From an uncultured Gammaproteobacteria bacterium (GTDB taxonomy: Bacteria; Pseudomonadota; Gammaproteobacteria; UBA6002), in contig CAVPKM010000013.1 of assembly GCA_963705725.1 (NCBI GenBank), positions 128,001 to 192,000 of the forward strand: DNA of 64,000 nt, in the 5' to 3' direction. A model generated the notes under the pieces. It was not told the origin of the DNA. It saw nothing but the letters and a program-made list of their open reading frames with translations, and did no database searches. Shown here in pieces: positions 20,230 to 31,030 of the stretch (position 1 is its first letter; each line of letters begins with the position of its first letter). Both the position numbers and the translations under genes were made by a program.

Positions 20230-20729
20230 TGTCAGTTATCATTGGGAAATTCGGCAGTCCACATGGCATTAAAGGTTGGGTGAAGGTCATTTCCTATGCG
20301 AACCCAATCGAAAATATTTTAAATTATTTGCCGTGGAAAGTTTATCAAGCGGAAGAAGAGATTCTTCTTGAAAAAGTCACCGGTAAGGTACAGGGGAAAA
20401 ATTTAATTGTTTCACTAGCAGGCTGTCACGATAGGGATCAAGCAAAGACGTATACAAATTTAGAAATTTTTATTGATCGCAGTCAATTACCCCCTTCTGA
20501 AGAGAATGAATTTTATTGGGTAGATTTAATTGGATTAACTGTTTTTAATCAAGCCCAAGAAAAATTGGGAGTGGTTGATTCCCTATTTGCAACAGGATCA
20601 AATGATGTCTTGGTGGTAAAAGACTTAAGCGGGAGGGAACATTATATTCCCTATCTTGCAAACGTCATACTTGACGTAGATTTAAACAATAAAAAAATGC
20701 AAGTCGATTGGGATCTATCCCCTTCGTGA
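20229..20729 (+). CDS. rimM: Ribosome maturation factor RimM
   Basis: [28 protein letters not shown]. Confidence 0.97.
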   Translation: MSVIIGKFGSPHGIKGWVKVISYANPIENILNYLPWKVYQAEEEILLEKVTGKVQGKNLIVSLAGCHDRDQAKTYTNLEIFIDRSQLPPSEENEFYWVDLIGLTVFNQAQEKLGVVDSLFATGSNDVLVVKDLSGREHYIPYLANVILDVDLNNKKMQVDWDLSPS

Positions 20730-20742
20730 AAGGTATAAATTA

Positions 20743-21522
20743 TTGAAAATAGGTATTATTAGCCTATTTCCTGAGATGTTTGCCACCTTAAATTACGGCA
20801 TAACGGGAAAAGCGCTGACAAAAGGTTTTTTGGAATTGCGCTACTGGAATCCTCGAGATTTCGTTGCTAATGAGATGAATGGTGCTTACAAGCACCGCAT
20901 TGTTGATGACCGTCCTTATGGAGGAGGTCCGGGAATGGTGATGATGGTGCAGCCGTTGCGTGACGCGATTCATGCCGCTAAGCGCGTGTTAAATGGGCAG
21001 GCGTCAGTGGTTCATTTGTCACCACAGGGTAAAAGAATAGATCAACAACATATTATCGAGCAGGCTGAAAAAAAGGAATTGATTCTGATTGCAAGCCGCT
21101 ATGAAGGAGTGGATGAGCGACTAATTGAAACAGAAGTGGATGAAGAGTGGTCAATTGGTGATTATGTTATTTCTGGAGGAGAATTGTCTGCAATGGTGGT
21201 GGTGGATGCCATAGCGCGCTTGATTCCGGGTGTGTTAGGAGATCCAGAATCGGCAAAGCAGGATTCTTTTATGGATGGACTTTTGGATTGTCCGCATTAT
21301 ACTCGACCAGAAGCGTATCAGGGACGACATGTTCCAAACGTTTTACTTAAAGGAAATCACCAGGTTATCGCAAACTGGCGATTAAAACAGGCACTAGGCC
21401 GTACGTGGCTTAAACGTCCTGATTTGTTAGTAAAAAAAATACTGAGCCCTTTAGAGAAACGATTGTTAAATGAATTTATTTGCGAATATCATGAAGCGAG
21501 AGGAAAAACGCATGTTCAATAA
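20743..21522 (+). CDS. trmD: tRNA (guanine-N1)-methyltransferase
   Basis: [37 protein letters not shown]. Confidence 0.98.
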   Translation: MKIGIISLFPEMFATLNYGITGKALTKGFLELRYWNPRDFVANEMNGAYKHRIVDDRPYGGGPGMVMMVQPLRDAIHAAKRVLNGQASVVHLSPQGKRIDQQHIIEQAEKKELILIASRYEGVDERLIETEVDEEWSIGDYVISGGELSAMVVVDAIARLIPGVLGDPESAKQDSFMDGLLDCPHYTRPEAYQGRHVPNVLLKGNHQVIANWRLKQALGRTWLKRPDLLVKKILSPLEKRLLNEFICEYHEARGKTHVQ

Positions 21523-21862
21523 CATTATTAAGCAGCTTGAAGCTGAACAAATGCAAGGCAAGGTTATTCCTTCATTTCGTTCTGGCGATACGGTTGTTGT
21601 ACAAGTCAAGGTCAGAGAGGGTGAGCGAGTTCGAGTGCAAGCTTATGAAGGTGTGGTGATTGCTAAACGGAATCGTGGTTTAAACTCCGCTTTTACAGTT
21701 AGAAAAATGTCTAATGGCGTAAGTGTTGAAAGAGTTTTTCAAGCCTATAGTTCGCTCATTGAGTCAATTGAAGTTAAGCGTCGTGGTGCGGTAAGAAGGG
21801 CAAAACTTTATTACTTGCGTAATTTAACGGGTAAAAAAGCTCGTATTAAAGAGAAAGTATAA
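21512..21862 (+). CDS. rplS: 50S ribosomal protein L19
   Basis: [17 protein letters not shown]. Confidence 0.98.
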   Translation: MFNNIIKQLEAEQMQGKVIPSFRSGDTVVVQVKVREGERVRVQAYEGVVIAKRNRGLNSAFTVRKMSNGVSVERVFQAYSSLIESIEVKRRGAVRRAKLYYLRNLTGKKARIKEKV

Positions 21863-21902
21863 AATTTATCTGTCAGTTTATTCAAGACCCTGCGTAGCAT
21901 AA

Positions 21903-22712
21903 ATGATTGAATTAACAACCTTCTCCTTAATTAAAGTTGCAGGCGAGAATGCGCCGTCCTTTTTACAAGGACAACTCACTTGTGATGTCACCCAAGTATT
22001 CGATGATAATAGTATTATCGGTGCCATTTGTAATCATCAAGGTAGAATACTTGCAATTTTTAACTTATTTAAATTCGAGCATGAATTCCATTTTTTAATT
22101 CCTAAAGAATTAACAAGGGAGTTTATCAAGCATTTAAAAAAATATGCTGTGTTCTCTAAAGTTAGTTTGATGGATGTGACCAATGACTTTTATCGTTATG
22201 GTTATTTGGGGGATCCATTACCCAATCATCTAAAAAAACAAGGAACCTTTCCTTATAAAATGATGGGGGCGACAGCAAGATATCTTGTGATCAGTCGAAA
22301 TACGCTTGAGGTAACCAAAGATGAAAAATGCTGGCGCTATACTAACATCCTATCGGGATGGCCCACTATATATATAGAAACAGTCGGGAAGTTGACACCT
22401 CATATGATTAATCTGCCTATCTTAGGCGGGGTCAGTTTTAAAAAAGGATGCTATGTAGGTCAAGAGATTATTGCCAGAACTCAATATCTAGGTAAATCTA
22501 AAAGACATTTGTGTCTTGCTGAAATGAGTGGAGAAATCCTGGTGCAGCCAGGAATGGTACTTTATTCTAATGACCAAGAAGCAGGGTTAGTTGTGGATAG
22601 CGTGTCAATTGAAGATGTGACCTATTTGCAGGCAGTGTTGCATGACCCTATTGACCGTGATTTTTTCCTTGATAGAAGATTTAAACTTAATAATATCTCT
22701 AGATATATATAG
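21903..22712 (+). CDS. ygfZ: Folate-binding Fe-S repair protein YgfZ
   Basis: FLQGQLTCD and KGCYVGQE signature. Confidence 0.95.
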   Translation: MIELTTFSLIKVAGENAPSFLQGQLTCDVTQVFDDNSIIGAICNHQGRILAIFNLFKFEHEFHFLIPKELTREFIKHLKKYAVFSKVSLMDVTNDFYRYGYLGDPLPNHLKKQGTFPYKMMGATARYLVISRNTLEVTKDEKCWRYTNILSGWPTIYIETVGKLTPHMINLPILGGVSFKKGCYVGQEIIARTQYLGKSKRHLCLAEMSGEILVQPGMVLYSNDQEAGLVVDSVSIEDVTYLQAVLHDPIDRDFFLDRRFKLNNISRYI

Positions 22713-22729
22713 AAAAGAAGAGAAGTGCA

Positions 22730-24232
22730 ATGGTGACAGAAAATAATGAGCACATAGATGAAAATGAACAGATCGCACTGCGACGAGAAAAGTTAACATC
22801 ACTTCGCCAATCTTGCCAAAATGCTTTTAGAAATGATTTTAAACCCATCCACCTTGCTGCGATTTTACACGAACAATTTGATAATTTAACTCATGAAGCG
22901 CTAGAACAAGCAAATCAAACCGTGCTGCTAGCGGGAAGGATGATTACAAAAAGGGTAATGGGTAAGGCAAGCTTTGTTCACCTGCAAGATCGAACTGGAA
23001 AAATACAATTATATATTAAAAAAGAAGAGTTAACTCAAGATAACTATCAAGCATTTAAAGAGTGGGATCTTGGCGACATCATTGGAGTAGTTGGAACATT
23101 ATTTAAAACTAAGACAAATGAACTGACGATCAAGGCAACTCAGCTGGTTTTTTTAACAAAGGCATTAAGACCCTTGCCTGATAAATTTCATGGATTAAGT
23201 GACCAAGAGCTGCGTTATCGACAACGTTATTTAGATATTTTAGTTAACGAGAAAAGTCGACAAACATTTTATCTGCGGTCGAAAATTATTGAAGCAATGC
23301 GTGTTTTTTTATGTGACCGCGATTTTCTTGAGGTGGAAACGCCCATGATGCACGCGATTCCAGGAGGGGCGGCGGCTAAACCATTTAAAACTCATCATAA
23401 TGCACTGAATATGGAGCTTTTTTTAAGAATTGCGCCTGAACTTTATTTGAAGCGATTAGTTGTCGGTGGCTTTGATCGTGTATTTGAAATCAACCGTAAT
23501 TTTCGAAACGAAGGTCTTTCAACCAGGCATAATCCTGAATTTACTATGATTGAATTTTATCAAGCTTATGCAGATTATTACGATTTAATGAATTTGACTG
23601 AAGAAATGTTGCGATTTATCGCTAATACAGTTTTAGGCAAGACTACGATTGACTATCAGGGCAAAAGGTATGATTTAAATCAGCCCTTTGCGAGAATGAC
23701 GCTGCAAGATGCCATATTAGCGCATAACAACACGTTGACTAGAGAAGAGTTAAATAATATTCAGCGGCTAACAGAATTTGCAAAACAACTTGGCCTGGGT
23801 ATTCCTTTGGGAGAAGGTCTGGGCAAAATTCAATATGCAATTTTTGAAAAAACTGTCGAAAAAGCGCTTGAAGGTCCAATCTTCATAACGGAATTTCCAA
23901 CAGAAGTCTCTCCACTTGCACGTATGAATGACGATAACCCATTTGTTACTGATCGCTTTGAGTTTTTTATTGGAGGGAGAGAAATTGCAAATGGTTTTTC
24001 AGAATTGAATGACCCTGAAGATCAGGCCATGAGATTTAAAGAGCAAGCTCAAGCAAGAAATGCTGGTGATGAAGAGGCGATGTACTATGACGCTGAATAT
24101 ATTACAGCTTTAGAACATGGTCTCCCACCTACCGCAGGTGAAGGGATTGGGATAGATCGTTTAGTGATGTTTTTTACCGACTCTCCCTCAATTCGAGATG
24201 TGATTTTGTTTCCGCTAATGCGCCCAGAGTAA
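22730..24232 (+). CDS. lysS: Lysine--tRNA ligase (class II)
   Basis: [27 protein letters not shown]. Confidence 0.98.
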   Translation: MVTENNEHIDENEQIALRREKLTSLRQSCQNAFRNDFKPIHLAAILHEQFDNLTHEALEQANQTVLLAGRMITKRVMGKASFVHLQDRTGKIQLYIKKEELTQDNYQAFKEWDLGDIIGVVGTLFKTKTNELTIKATQLVFLTKALRPLPDKFHGLSDQELRYRQRYLDILVNEKSRQTFYLRSKIIEAMRVFLCDRDFLEVETPMMHAIPGGAAAKPFKTHHNALNMELFLRIAPELYLKRLVVGGFDRVFEINRNFRNEGLSTRHNPEFTMIEFYQAYADYYDLMNLTEEMLRFIANTVLGKTTIDYQGKRYDLNQPFARMTLQDAILAHNNTLTREELNNIQRLTEFAKQLGLGIPLGEGLGKIQYAIFEKTVEKALEGPIFITEFPTEVSPLARMNDDNPFVTDRFEFFIGGREIANGFSELNDPEDQAMRFKEQAQARNAGDEEAMYYDAEYITALEHGLPPTAGEGIGIDRLVMFFTDSPSIRDVILFPLMRPE

Positions 24233-24235
24233 GCG

Positions 24236-25340
24236 CTATACGTCTTCTTTCAAACTTGCCTCCATAAACATATCTAAATCACCATCCAAAATTGCTTGAA
24301 TTTTCTGTGGGCTAGTGGTTTCGATCCCAGTTCTAAGATCTTTAATACGCGAATCATCTAAAATATAGGAACGAATTTGGCTGCCCCAGGTGATTTCAGA
24401 CTTTTTTTCCTCTAAGCTTCTTTTTTCTGCATTTTTTTTCTGTAGTTCCAGTTCATACAATTTCGATCGCAATTGTTTTAATGCTTGTGCACGATTTTTA
24501 TGTTGAGATCGATCATTTTGACATTGGACAACAATTCCGGTGGGGAGATGTGTGATGCGTATTGCTGAATCTGTTGTATTAACGTGCTGTCCTCCAGCTC
24601 CGCGAGCACGATAAGTATCAACCCGTAAATCGGCGGGGTTAATATCAACTTGAAAGTCATCATCAATTTCAGGTGAAACAAAGATGGAAGCAAATGAAGT
24701 ATGCCGCCTGTTGCCAGAGTCAAAAGGGGATTTGCGCACCAAGCGGTGAACTCCTGTTTCAGTTCGAAGCCAACCGTAGGCAAATTCTCCTTGAAAATAA
24801 ATAGTGGCTCCCTTGATTCCTGCTACTTCACCTGGAGAAACATGGATTAATTCGGTTTTTAAATGATGTCTATCCGCCCATTTCAAATACATCCGTAGCA
24901 ACATTTCAGCCCAGTCTTGTGCTTCTGTCCCTCCCGAGCCAGATTGAATATCCACGTAAGCGTTGTTTTCATCAAGCGGATTAGAAAACATCCGTCTAAA
25001 CTCTAACTCTTCAACGGCGGGAGTCAGTGTTAATAGGTCTTTGGCTAAGGATTCAAGAATGGAAATTTCCTGTTCATTTTTAGCTAAATCAAGTAACTCA
25101 ATGGCATCTGAGAGTTCACTCTCAAGATTTCGAAGAGGATGAACAAGATTTTCCAGTTTAACTCGCTCCTTACCCAGTGCTTGTGCTTTATCGGGATGTT
25201 GCCAAATATCCGGATCCTCAAGTTCAAGAATGATTTCTTCTAGACGTTCTTTTGCTTGATCAAATTCAAAGGTACCCCCGTAGGGCAGTTAAACGTGCTT
25301 GAAGATCGATGAATTTTTCATATAGTTGGTTGATTTCCAT
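24236..25340 (-). CDS. prfB: Peptide chain release factor 2, translated via programmed +1 frameshift
   Basis: SPF and GGQ motifs; 24-codon first frame from ATG 25340 ends CGG GGG TAC CTT TGA. Confidence 0.96.
25265..25281 (-). promoter_or_regulatory. prfB programmed frameshift site
   Basis: Internal SD-like GGGGG followed by CTT TGA A. Confidence 0.9.
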
Positions 25341-25511
25341 AAATTTTCTCAATGGCTGTTCAAAGTTTATTAATATGACATGGCTCACTACTTTAGTCAA
25401 AAACACGGTTATTTTTTTAAGTTAATCTTCGTTATTCTATGGATTTAAGGTTAGGCGCAAGGGTTTGACTTTGAGGGGGGTATAAAATTCATTCACGAAG
25501 GGTATACAAGC

Positions 25512-25958
25512 TTGAAAGGTTTCAGTTTACTCGAGCTATTGGCTGTGATTGCCTTACTTGCAATTCTGCTATCTGCTAGCGTTCCAGGTCTTTATCATCT
25601 AAAAAACAGTTTAATTTGTAAGCATGCCATTAAACAAATGGAGAATGAGCTTCAGCTTGCTCGAAGTATTGCAATTGGCGTGAGTAAAAAAATATATTAT
25701 TGTCAGGAATTGGGATGGGAAAAAAATCGAATCATCAAAGATGCATCAGGTTATTATTATCATCACTTTGCAGCCATGCCAGATCAGATAAAAATTACCC
25801 TGAAAAATAGTCTGGGAAGAACTGACTGCCTAATATTTACTGAGATGGGGTTTACATTATCACAAAATGCGACATTTTTTATTGCCTCCAAGACTGAAAC
25901 ACGCAAATTGACAGTGACGATATCAGGTCGGTCTCGTTTTGATCCGTCAGAGTCTTAA
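25512..25958 (+). CDS. FimT/GspH-family prepilin
   Basis: Type IV prepilin motif KG|FSLLELL, LQLARSIAI, C-terminal SGR. Confidence 0.88.
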   Translation: MKGFSLLELLAVIALLAILLSASVPGLYHLKNSLICKHAIKQMENELQLARSIAIGVSKKIYYCQELGWEKNRIIKDASGYYYHHFAAMPDQIKITLKNSLGRTDCLIFTEMGFTLSQNATFFIASKTETRKLTVTISGRSRFDPSES

Positions 25959-25974
25959 AGACTAGATTTCTGAT

Positions 25975-27108
25975 CTATGAGGTAGAAGAAATAAAAATTT
26001 CAATTTGATCAAGCATGTTGTCGAAATCTGGGTTATAGCTCAATCGGGCCATTTTATTTTTTTTCAATGTCGACTTCGTAATCGCGCCTTGATAGATGTC
26101 ATCATTAGAAATTTTATTCACGTCGCCATAGTGGGATAGATCAAGTGAGGGGTTGTTTTCTCCAAGTAAGGGGTTTTTGGGAGAAATAGTCAGACAAATG
26201 TGAGAGAAATTGATAATTCGTTGTTTCGGGTAGTGACTTTTTTTGAGAATGACCCTTTGATCTGGCCAATTTTTTTGATAATTGGTATAAACCAATAACC
26301 TATTTTTTAGATTATTTTGACGATAAAAAAAATCTATAATAGCTTTATCGCAGATGGTCTCATCGTCAGCGCTAAGTATAACCATCATCGGCATTTGAAC
26401 TTTTTTGTTTACAAGTTTTTTTCTAACTTCTTCGATGATAAGACATGCCTGGAAGCCAGCGTTGTAAGCTTGGCAACTATATTTCGCATAGTTATTTGTA
26501 TTGTTAATTTGATGCCAGTTAGCTTTTTGGCCTAACCAGCTAAATAGCTGATACCTGCGCGCTAAAAAAAATTTTAAACGATTCCTAGGTTTAATGGCGG
26601 GTGCAAATAAGAGTAATCCGGCATAATTTTGATTATTGCTAAGTACTTCATTTAATGCCAGTAAACCGCCTAAAGAATAGCCCGCTAGATAAAGATGCGT
26701 GACTTTACCTTGCAGACTGTTAATTCCATACCTTACGGCTTTTACCCATTCGCGATAATCAATTCGCAGTAAGTCACCCGGCACCGTGCCATGTCCTGGC
26801 AGTAAAATTGAGCGCACGAGAAAGCCCATATTTGCAAAACGTTCGCCTACATCTCTCATGTAATAAGGTGAATCGAATAGGCCGTGGACAAGTAATATTC
26901 CTTTTTTCTGATGAGGTTTAAGTTCCCATGAAAAAGGACTGTTAGCGATAATGACTTTATTGGCGTTTTCATCAAATAAATCAAGGCGAGTTTCTATGAT
27001 GATATTCCGCATCAGGTCAATATATTCTTCAAAAGGAAGATCCTGACCCATAAATCTATCATTTAAGCCAGATGGCTTCAAAAGCAGGTTGCTACTTGGT
27101 TTTTGCAT
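25975..27108 (-). CDS. Alpha/beta hydrolase (esterase/lysophospholipase-like)
   Basis: LLVHGLFDSP, LPGHG, GYSLG nucleophile elbow, FSH. Confidence 0.85.
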   Translation of the reverse strand: MQKPSSNLLLKPSGLNDRFMGQDLPFEEYIDLMRNIIIETRLDLFDENANKVIIANSPFSWELKPHQKKGILLVHGLFDSPYYMRDVGERFANMGFLVRSILLPGHGTVPGDLLRIDYREWVKAVRYGINSLQGKVTHLYLAGYSLGGLLALNEVLSNNQNYAGLLLFAPAIKPRNRLKFFLARRYQLFSWLGQKANWHQINNTNNYAKYSCQAYNAGFQACLIIEEVRKKLVNKKVQMPMMVILSADDETICDKAIIDFFYRQNNLKNRLLVYTNYQKNWPDQRVILKKSHYPKQRIINFSHICLTISPKNPLLGENNPSLDLSHYGDVNKISNDDIYQGAITKSTLKKNKMARLSYNPDFDNMLDQIEIFISSTS

Positions 27109-27150
27109 ATAAACTTGATATCTTCCTGAAGAGACGTAACGCCTAGGTAG

Positions 27151-27459
27151 TTGATGATTTACCATCGAATCGCTTTTATATTACTCATTGCGCTTTCTTC
27201 TTTCAATGGAAGCGCTGCCGAAAATCCTGCAATAGGAGATGTCGCGCAATCTTTCTATGAACCGGTGACGCTGATTATACAACTTGTTCGTGGAGTCAGT
27301 TTTATTTGTGGAAGTGGTCTTATATTGGGAGGGGTATTGAAGTTCATTGATCACCGGCGAAATCCTGTTGCATCGAGATTAAGTGCGGTAATATTTATGT
27401 TTATTTTTGGTTTTGCGCTGATCTTAGTGGGTATGATACCTGATCGATTGGGAAGTTGA
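27151..27459 (+). CDS. IcmD/DotP-like small membrane protein
   Basis: Signal peptide, then IGDVA...SFICGSGLILGGVLKFIDHRRNP with the spacing of the IcmD motif SYLAGLGF..GAIMKFKQHKDNP (recalled). Confidence 0.65.
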   Translation: MMIYHRIAFILLIALSSFNGSAAENPAIGDVAQSFYEPVTLIIQLVRGVSFICGSGLILGGVLKFIDHRRNPVASRLSAVIFMFIFGFALILVGMIPDRLGS

Positions 27460-27912
27460 TTGATGCAAAGAATGCTAAGGTGCATTTATATTTTCGTGGG
27501 GATTGGCGTTTTGGTTTCTTGCGATAGCCACTATTCGGTGAACGATTACTTGTTACATCCTGAAAAAATAGAGAAGGATTATCAATCGTGTGTATTTAAA
27601 AAACCGAAAACTAATCAGCGCCAGCAATGCTCCAATCTGCTTCAGGCAATCCCAATATTCAAACATTATTTGTCCGAGCAAATTGAACAACCCGAACAGT
27701 TTGGTATGAATATTATGAAAATTGAATATCGTCTAGTAGAACTAAAAAAAAGTTACCGCCACGCGAAGCAAGAACACATTAACCCCATCTATTTACAACA
27801 TTTAGAAGCAGGAATAAAAAAAGCGGAATTTGAATTGGCGATGCGGTTTGCCGTTATTCGCTTCCTATTTAAAAAAGCGGCGACTTTTCCTAGGATGGAA
27901 ATATCCACTTAA
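27460..27912 (+). CDS. Lipoprotein of unknown function (EexN-like N-terminus)
   Basis: Lipobox LVSC, YLLHPE...C...C pattern, helical C-terminus. Confidence 0.6.
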   Translation: MMQRMLRCIYIFVGIGVLVSCDSHYSVNDYLLHPEKIEKDYQSCVFKKPKTNQRQQCSNLLQAIPIFKHYLSEQIEQPEQFGMNIMKIEYRLVELKKSYRHAKQEHINPIYLQHLEAGIKKAEFELAMRFAVIRFLFKKAATFPRMEIST

Positions 27913-27994
27913 GGTTTAGCCTTTGCAAGAATATACCCTATACATGACTGAAGAGAAACGATACGGGTATAGTTACGATATATAAGGAGGAGAC

Positions 27995-28651
27995 ATGCGA
28001 ATAATATTATTGGGTGCACCAGGAGCTGGGAAAGGTACCCAAGGACAATTAATATCAAAAAATTTTGGTGTCCCACAGATCTCAACAGGTGACATGCTGC
28101 GCATGGCATTTAAAGAAAATAATCCCTTAGGAATCACCGCAAAAAAAATTATGGATCAAGGGAAACTTGTTTCTGATGAAATTATTATTCAATTGGTAAA
28201 GGACCGTATACAAAAAAAAGACTGTGAAAATGGTTTTTTGTTTGATGGTTTTCCAAGAACATTAGCGCAAGCGCAGGCGGTACTCGCTCAAAAAATTACA
28301 ATCGATCATGTCATTGAAATCAAACTTTCGGATGAAAAAATTATTAAACGATTGAGTGGTCGTAGGATTCATCCGAGATCAGGAAGGGTTTACCATGTGG
28401 ATTATCATCCTCCACAACGGCCAGGTTTAGATGATTTAACAGGTGAACCATTGGTGCAGCGAGATGATGATACTGAAGAAACAATTAAAAAGCGTCTTGC
28501 TGTTTATCATCTAGAAACCCAACCACTAATTAAGTTTTACCAAGATTTAAGTGACATTAATCTGGGCAAACCCATTTATACAACCATTTCTGGTGATAAT
28601 ACGGTTGAAAGCATTTATCACAAAATTGATGAATTGCTCAGAAACGAATAG
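27995..28651 (+). CDS. adk: Adenylate kinase
   Basis: [19 protein letters not shown] domain. Confidence 0.98.
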   Translation: MRIILLGAPGAGKGTQGQLISKNFGVPQISTGDMLRMAFKENNPLGITAKKIMDQGKLVSDEIIIQLVKDRIQKKDCENGFLFDGFPRTLAQAQAVLAQKITIDHVIEIKLSDEKIIKRLSGRRIHPRSGRVYHVDYHPPQRPGLDDLTGEPLVQRDDDTEETIKKRLAVYHLETQPLIKFYQDLSDINLGKPIYTTISGDNTVESIYHKIDELLRNE

Positions 28652-28679
28652 ACCTTTTGTGAATGAATTTTATGGGTGG

Positions 28680-29114
28680 TTAAATTATCTTATGACGCGC
28701 GATCGCGCCATAAGATAAAAGAATACTTTTAGCTGGTAGCTTTTTCTTAGCAGATTTAGTTGATTTTGCTGGTGAGGATTTTTTGCTGGTCTTGGTTGAG
28801 CGCTTACCGGGTTTTTTTGCGTATTGCTTTTCAAATTTAGCTAGAGCAGCGGTGATAACCTTTTGACGGGCTTCTTCCTTTTTGAAAAATTCTTTTTCAA
28901 ATGCAAGCCGCGCATTTTCAAAGGCTTCTTCTTCTATTTGTTTGATTTTGACTTTCCACTCTGCATTTGCTGCTGCTAATTTCTTTTCTAAATCTTTACG
29001 AGATTGCATAGCTTTTTGCAATTGAGCTTGTAATTTTTGGTGCTTGTCTTGCTTGATATTTTTTGCTGATAGATTAGATTGTGTGAGTTTTTTCGTTGGT
29101 TTCCTTCCGCGCAT
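28680..29114 (-). CDS. Lysine-rich basic protein, possibly histone-like
   Basis: AAGGAG RBS; coiled coil plus K/S/T/P tail (KKPGKRSTKTSKKSSPAKSTKSAKKK). Confidence 0.7.
   Translation of the reverse strand: MRGRKPTKKLTQSNLSAKNIKQDKHQKLQAQLQKAMQSRKDLEKKLAAANAEWKVKIKQIEEEAFENARLAFEKEFFKKEEARQKVITAALAKFEKQYAKKPGKRSTKTSKKSSPAKSTKSAKKKLPAKSILLSYGAIARHKII
28685..28718. terminator. Hairpin at the convergent adk / basic-protein junction
   Basis: TTATCTTATG...CATAAGATAA enclosing GCGCGATCGCGC. Confidence 0.55.
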
Positions 29115-29293
29115 TAAAAATCTCCTTGTAAATTAATACGAATAGTTACAATAAACTATTTTTTTTTAAAAGCAAGCAGAGTTCTTATTGAAAAAAACAC
29201 AAAACCGAGTTTTAAAGTCTTTTGAATATATATATGATATGACTCAACTTGAAAATCTTTACTTGAAAATCTTTTTTAGTTAATAGGCGAGAA

Positions 29294-30460
29294 ATGCACG
29301 ATAACTCCATCCTTTTTTCAATATTTGTCATTTTTTCAGGAGCAGCACTGCTTTCAACGGTTGCATTATATACCCGTCAGTCGTTATTAGTAGCTTATAT
29401 GCTGATTGGACTATTATTAGGGCCATGGGGATTGAAGCTTATCGCGAATGCAAGTGTGGTCAGAGAAATTGGTGATGTCGGCATTCTTTTCTTAATGTTT
29501 CTTCTTGGGCTGAATTTGCAGCCACAAAATCTCTTGCATATGTTTAAGAAAACCACGTGGATTGCAGTGGTGAGCTCTGTCGTTTTTGCATTAATTGGCT
29601 TTATCGTTGCTTATCTATTCCATTTCTCTTTAATTGAGTCATGGATAATTGGTGGCGCAATGATGTTTTCAAGTACGATTATTGGATTAAAGCTCTTGCC
29701 TACGACCATATTACACCATCAGCACACTGGTGAAATTATGATTAGTATTTTGCTTATGCAAGATTTAATTGCGATTATATTTCTGCTCATCATTCATGCA
29801 AGTACCGGAGGTTTGCGGTTAATTGATATCGGTGCGCTCTTACTGTCCCTTCCTGCCTTGATCTTTTTTGCTTTTCTATTTGAGAGGTGGATCTTAATAA
29901 AATTATTTTCACGATTTGATCGTGTTCGTGAATATATGTTCCTGCTTGCTATTGCTTGGTGCTTAGGTATTTCTGAATTAGCCAATCTAATTGGATTATC
30001 TCGAGAAATTGGTGCTTTTATTGCAGGCGTATCCATTGCCTCAAGCCCGATTGCTTTATATATCGCCGAAAGTTTAAAACCGATAAGAGATTTTTTTCTG
30101 GTAATGTTTTTTTTCGCGGTAGGAGCAAGTTTTAATCTGCAATTTTTTCCAGCAGTCGCCTTTCCCTCGATTATCTTGGGTGTAGCTTTACTGATTTTTA
30201 AGCCGATCACCTTTAATTTATTACTTAGATCAGTTAAAGAAACCCGTCATCTTGCTTGGGAAGTCGGTGTGCGCCTCGGTCAATCTAGCGAATTTTCATT
30301 GCTTATCGCTTATATGGCAGCGAGTTCAGCCTTGATTAATGCTGCGGCATCTAATCTAATACAAGCTGCGACCATGATTACCTTTATTGCTTCTTCTTAT
30401 ATTGTGGTTCTAAAGTTTCCTACACCAGTTGCAATTAATGATAAATTACGAAGAGATTAG
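29294..30460 (+). CDS. CPA2-family cation:proton antiporter
   Basis: GILFLMFLLGL, FSSTIIGLK, LLMQD, GAFIAG, GQSSEFS. Confidence 0.92.
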   Translation: MHDNSILFSIFVIFSGAALLSTVALYTRQSLLVAYMLIGLLLGPWGLKLIANASVVREIGDVGILFLMFLLGLNLQPQNLLHMFKKTTWIAVVSSVVFALIGFIVAYLFHFSLIESWIIGGAMMFSSTIIGLKLLPTTILHHQHTGEIMISILLMQDLIAIIFLLIIHASTGGLRLIDIGALLLSLPALIFFAFLFERWILIKLFSRFDRVREYMFLLAIAWCLGISELANLIGLSREIGAFIAGVSIASSPIALYIAESLKPIRDFFLVMFFFAVGASFNLQFFPAVAFPSIILGVALLIFKPITFNLLLRSVKETRHLAWEVGVRLGQSSEFSLLIAYMAASSALINAAASNLIQAATMITFIASSYIVVLKFPTPVAINDKLRRD

Positions 30461-30472
30461 TGAGTCGTTCTC

Positions 30473-31030
30473 ATGCGTCAAGCGTTAGTCATCGATATGA
30501 CGAGTGGATTATTAAATATTGCAGAGTACCTACCGTCTCCGAATTGTGATGAGCGTGAGGGGAAGGATATTGATTTACTTGTTATTCATAATATCAGTTT
30601 GCCTCCTGCAGAATTTGGTGGTAATGATGTAATTAAATTTTTTAGAAACGAGCTCGATTTTAATTCGCATGAGTTCTATGAAAAAATTGCACATTCAAAG
30701 GTGTCCTCACATTTATTTATTTCTAGGGAAGGAGCGGTAACGCAGTTTGTTCCTTTTCATCTGCGAGCATGGCATGCGGGAGAATCTTCATTTGAAAATC
30801 GAAGTGGATGCAATGATTTTTCAATTGGCATCGAGTTGGAAGGGACGGACACCATTACCTATGAGCCGATTCAGTATCAGCTTTTAGCAGCGATTACTAA
30901 GCAGCTAATTCAGTGCTACCCTGGCATCACTTTTGATAGAATCGTTGGACATGAAACCATTGCGCCAGAACGAAAAACGGATCCAGGACCGGCCTTTGAT
31001 TGGCAATATTATAGGAAATTAGTAAGATGA
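30473..31030 (+). CDS. ampD: 1,6-anhydro-N-acetylmuramyl-L-alanine amidase
   Basis: HNISLPP, RAWHAG, SIGIELEG, RKTDPG. Confidence 0.96.
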   Translation: MRQALVIDMTSGLLNIAEYLPSPNCDEREGKDIDLLVIHNISLPPAEFGGNDVIKFFRNELDFNSHEFYEKIAHSKVSSHLFISREGAVTQFVPFHLRAWHAGESSFENRSGCNDFSIGIELEGTDTITYEPIQYQLLAAITKQLIQCYPGITFDRIVGHETIAPERKTDPGPAFDWQYYRKLVR

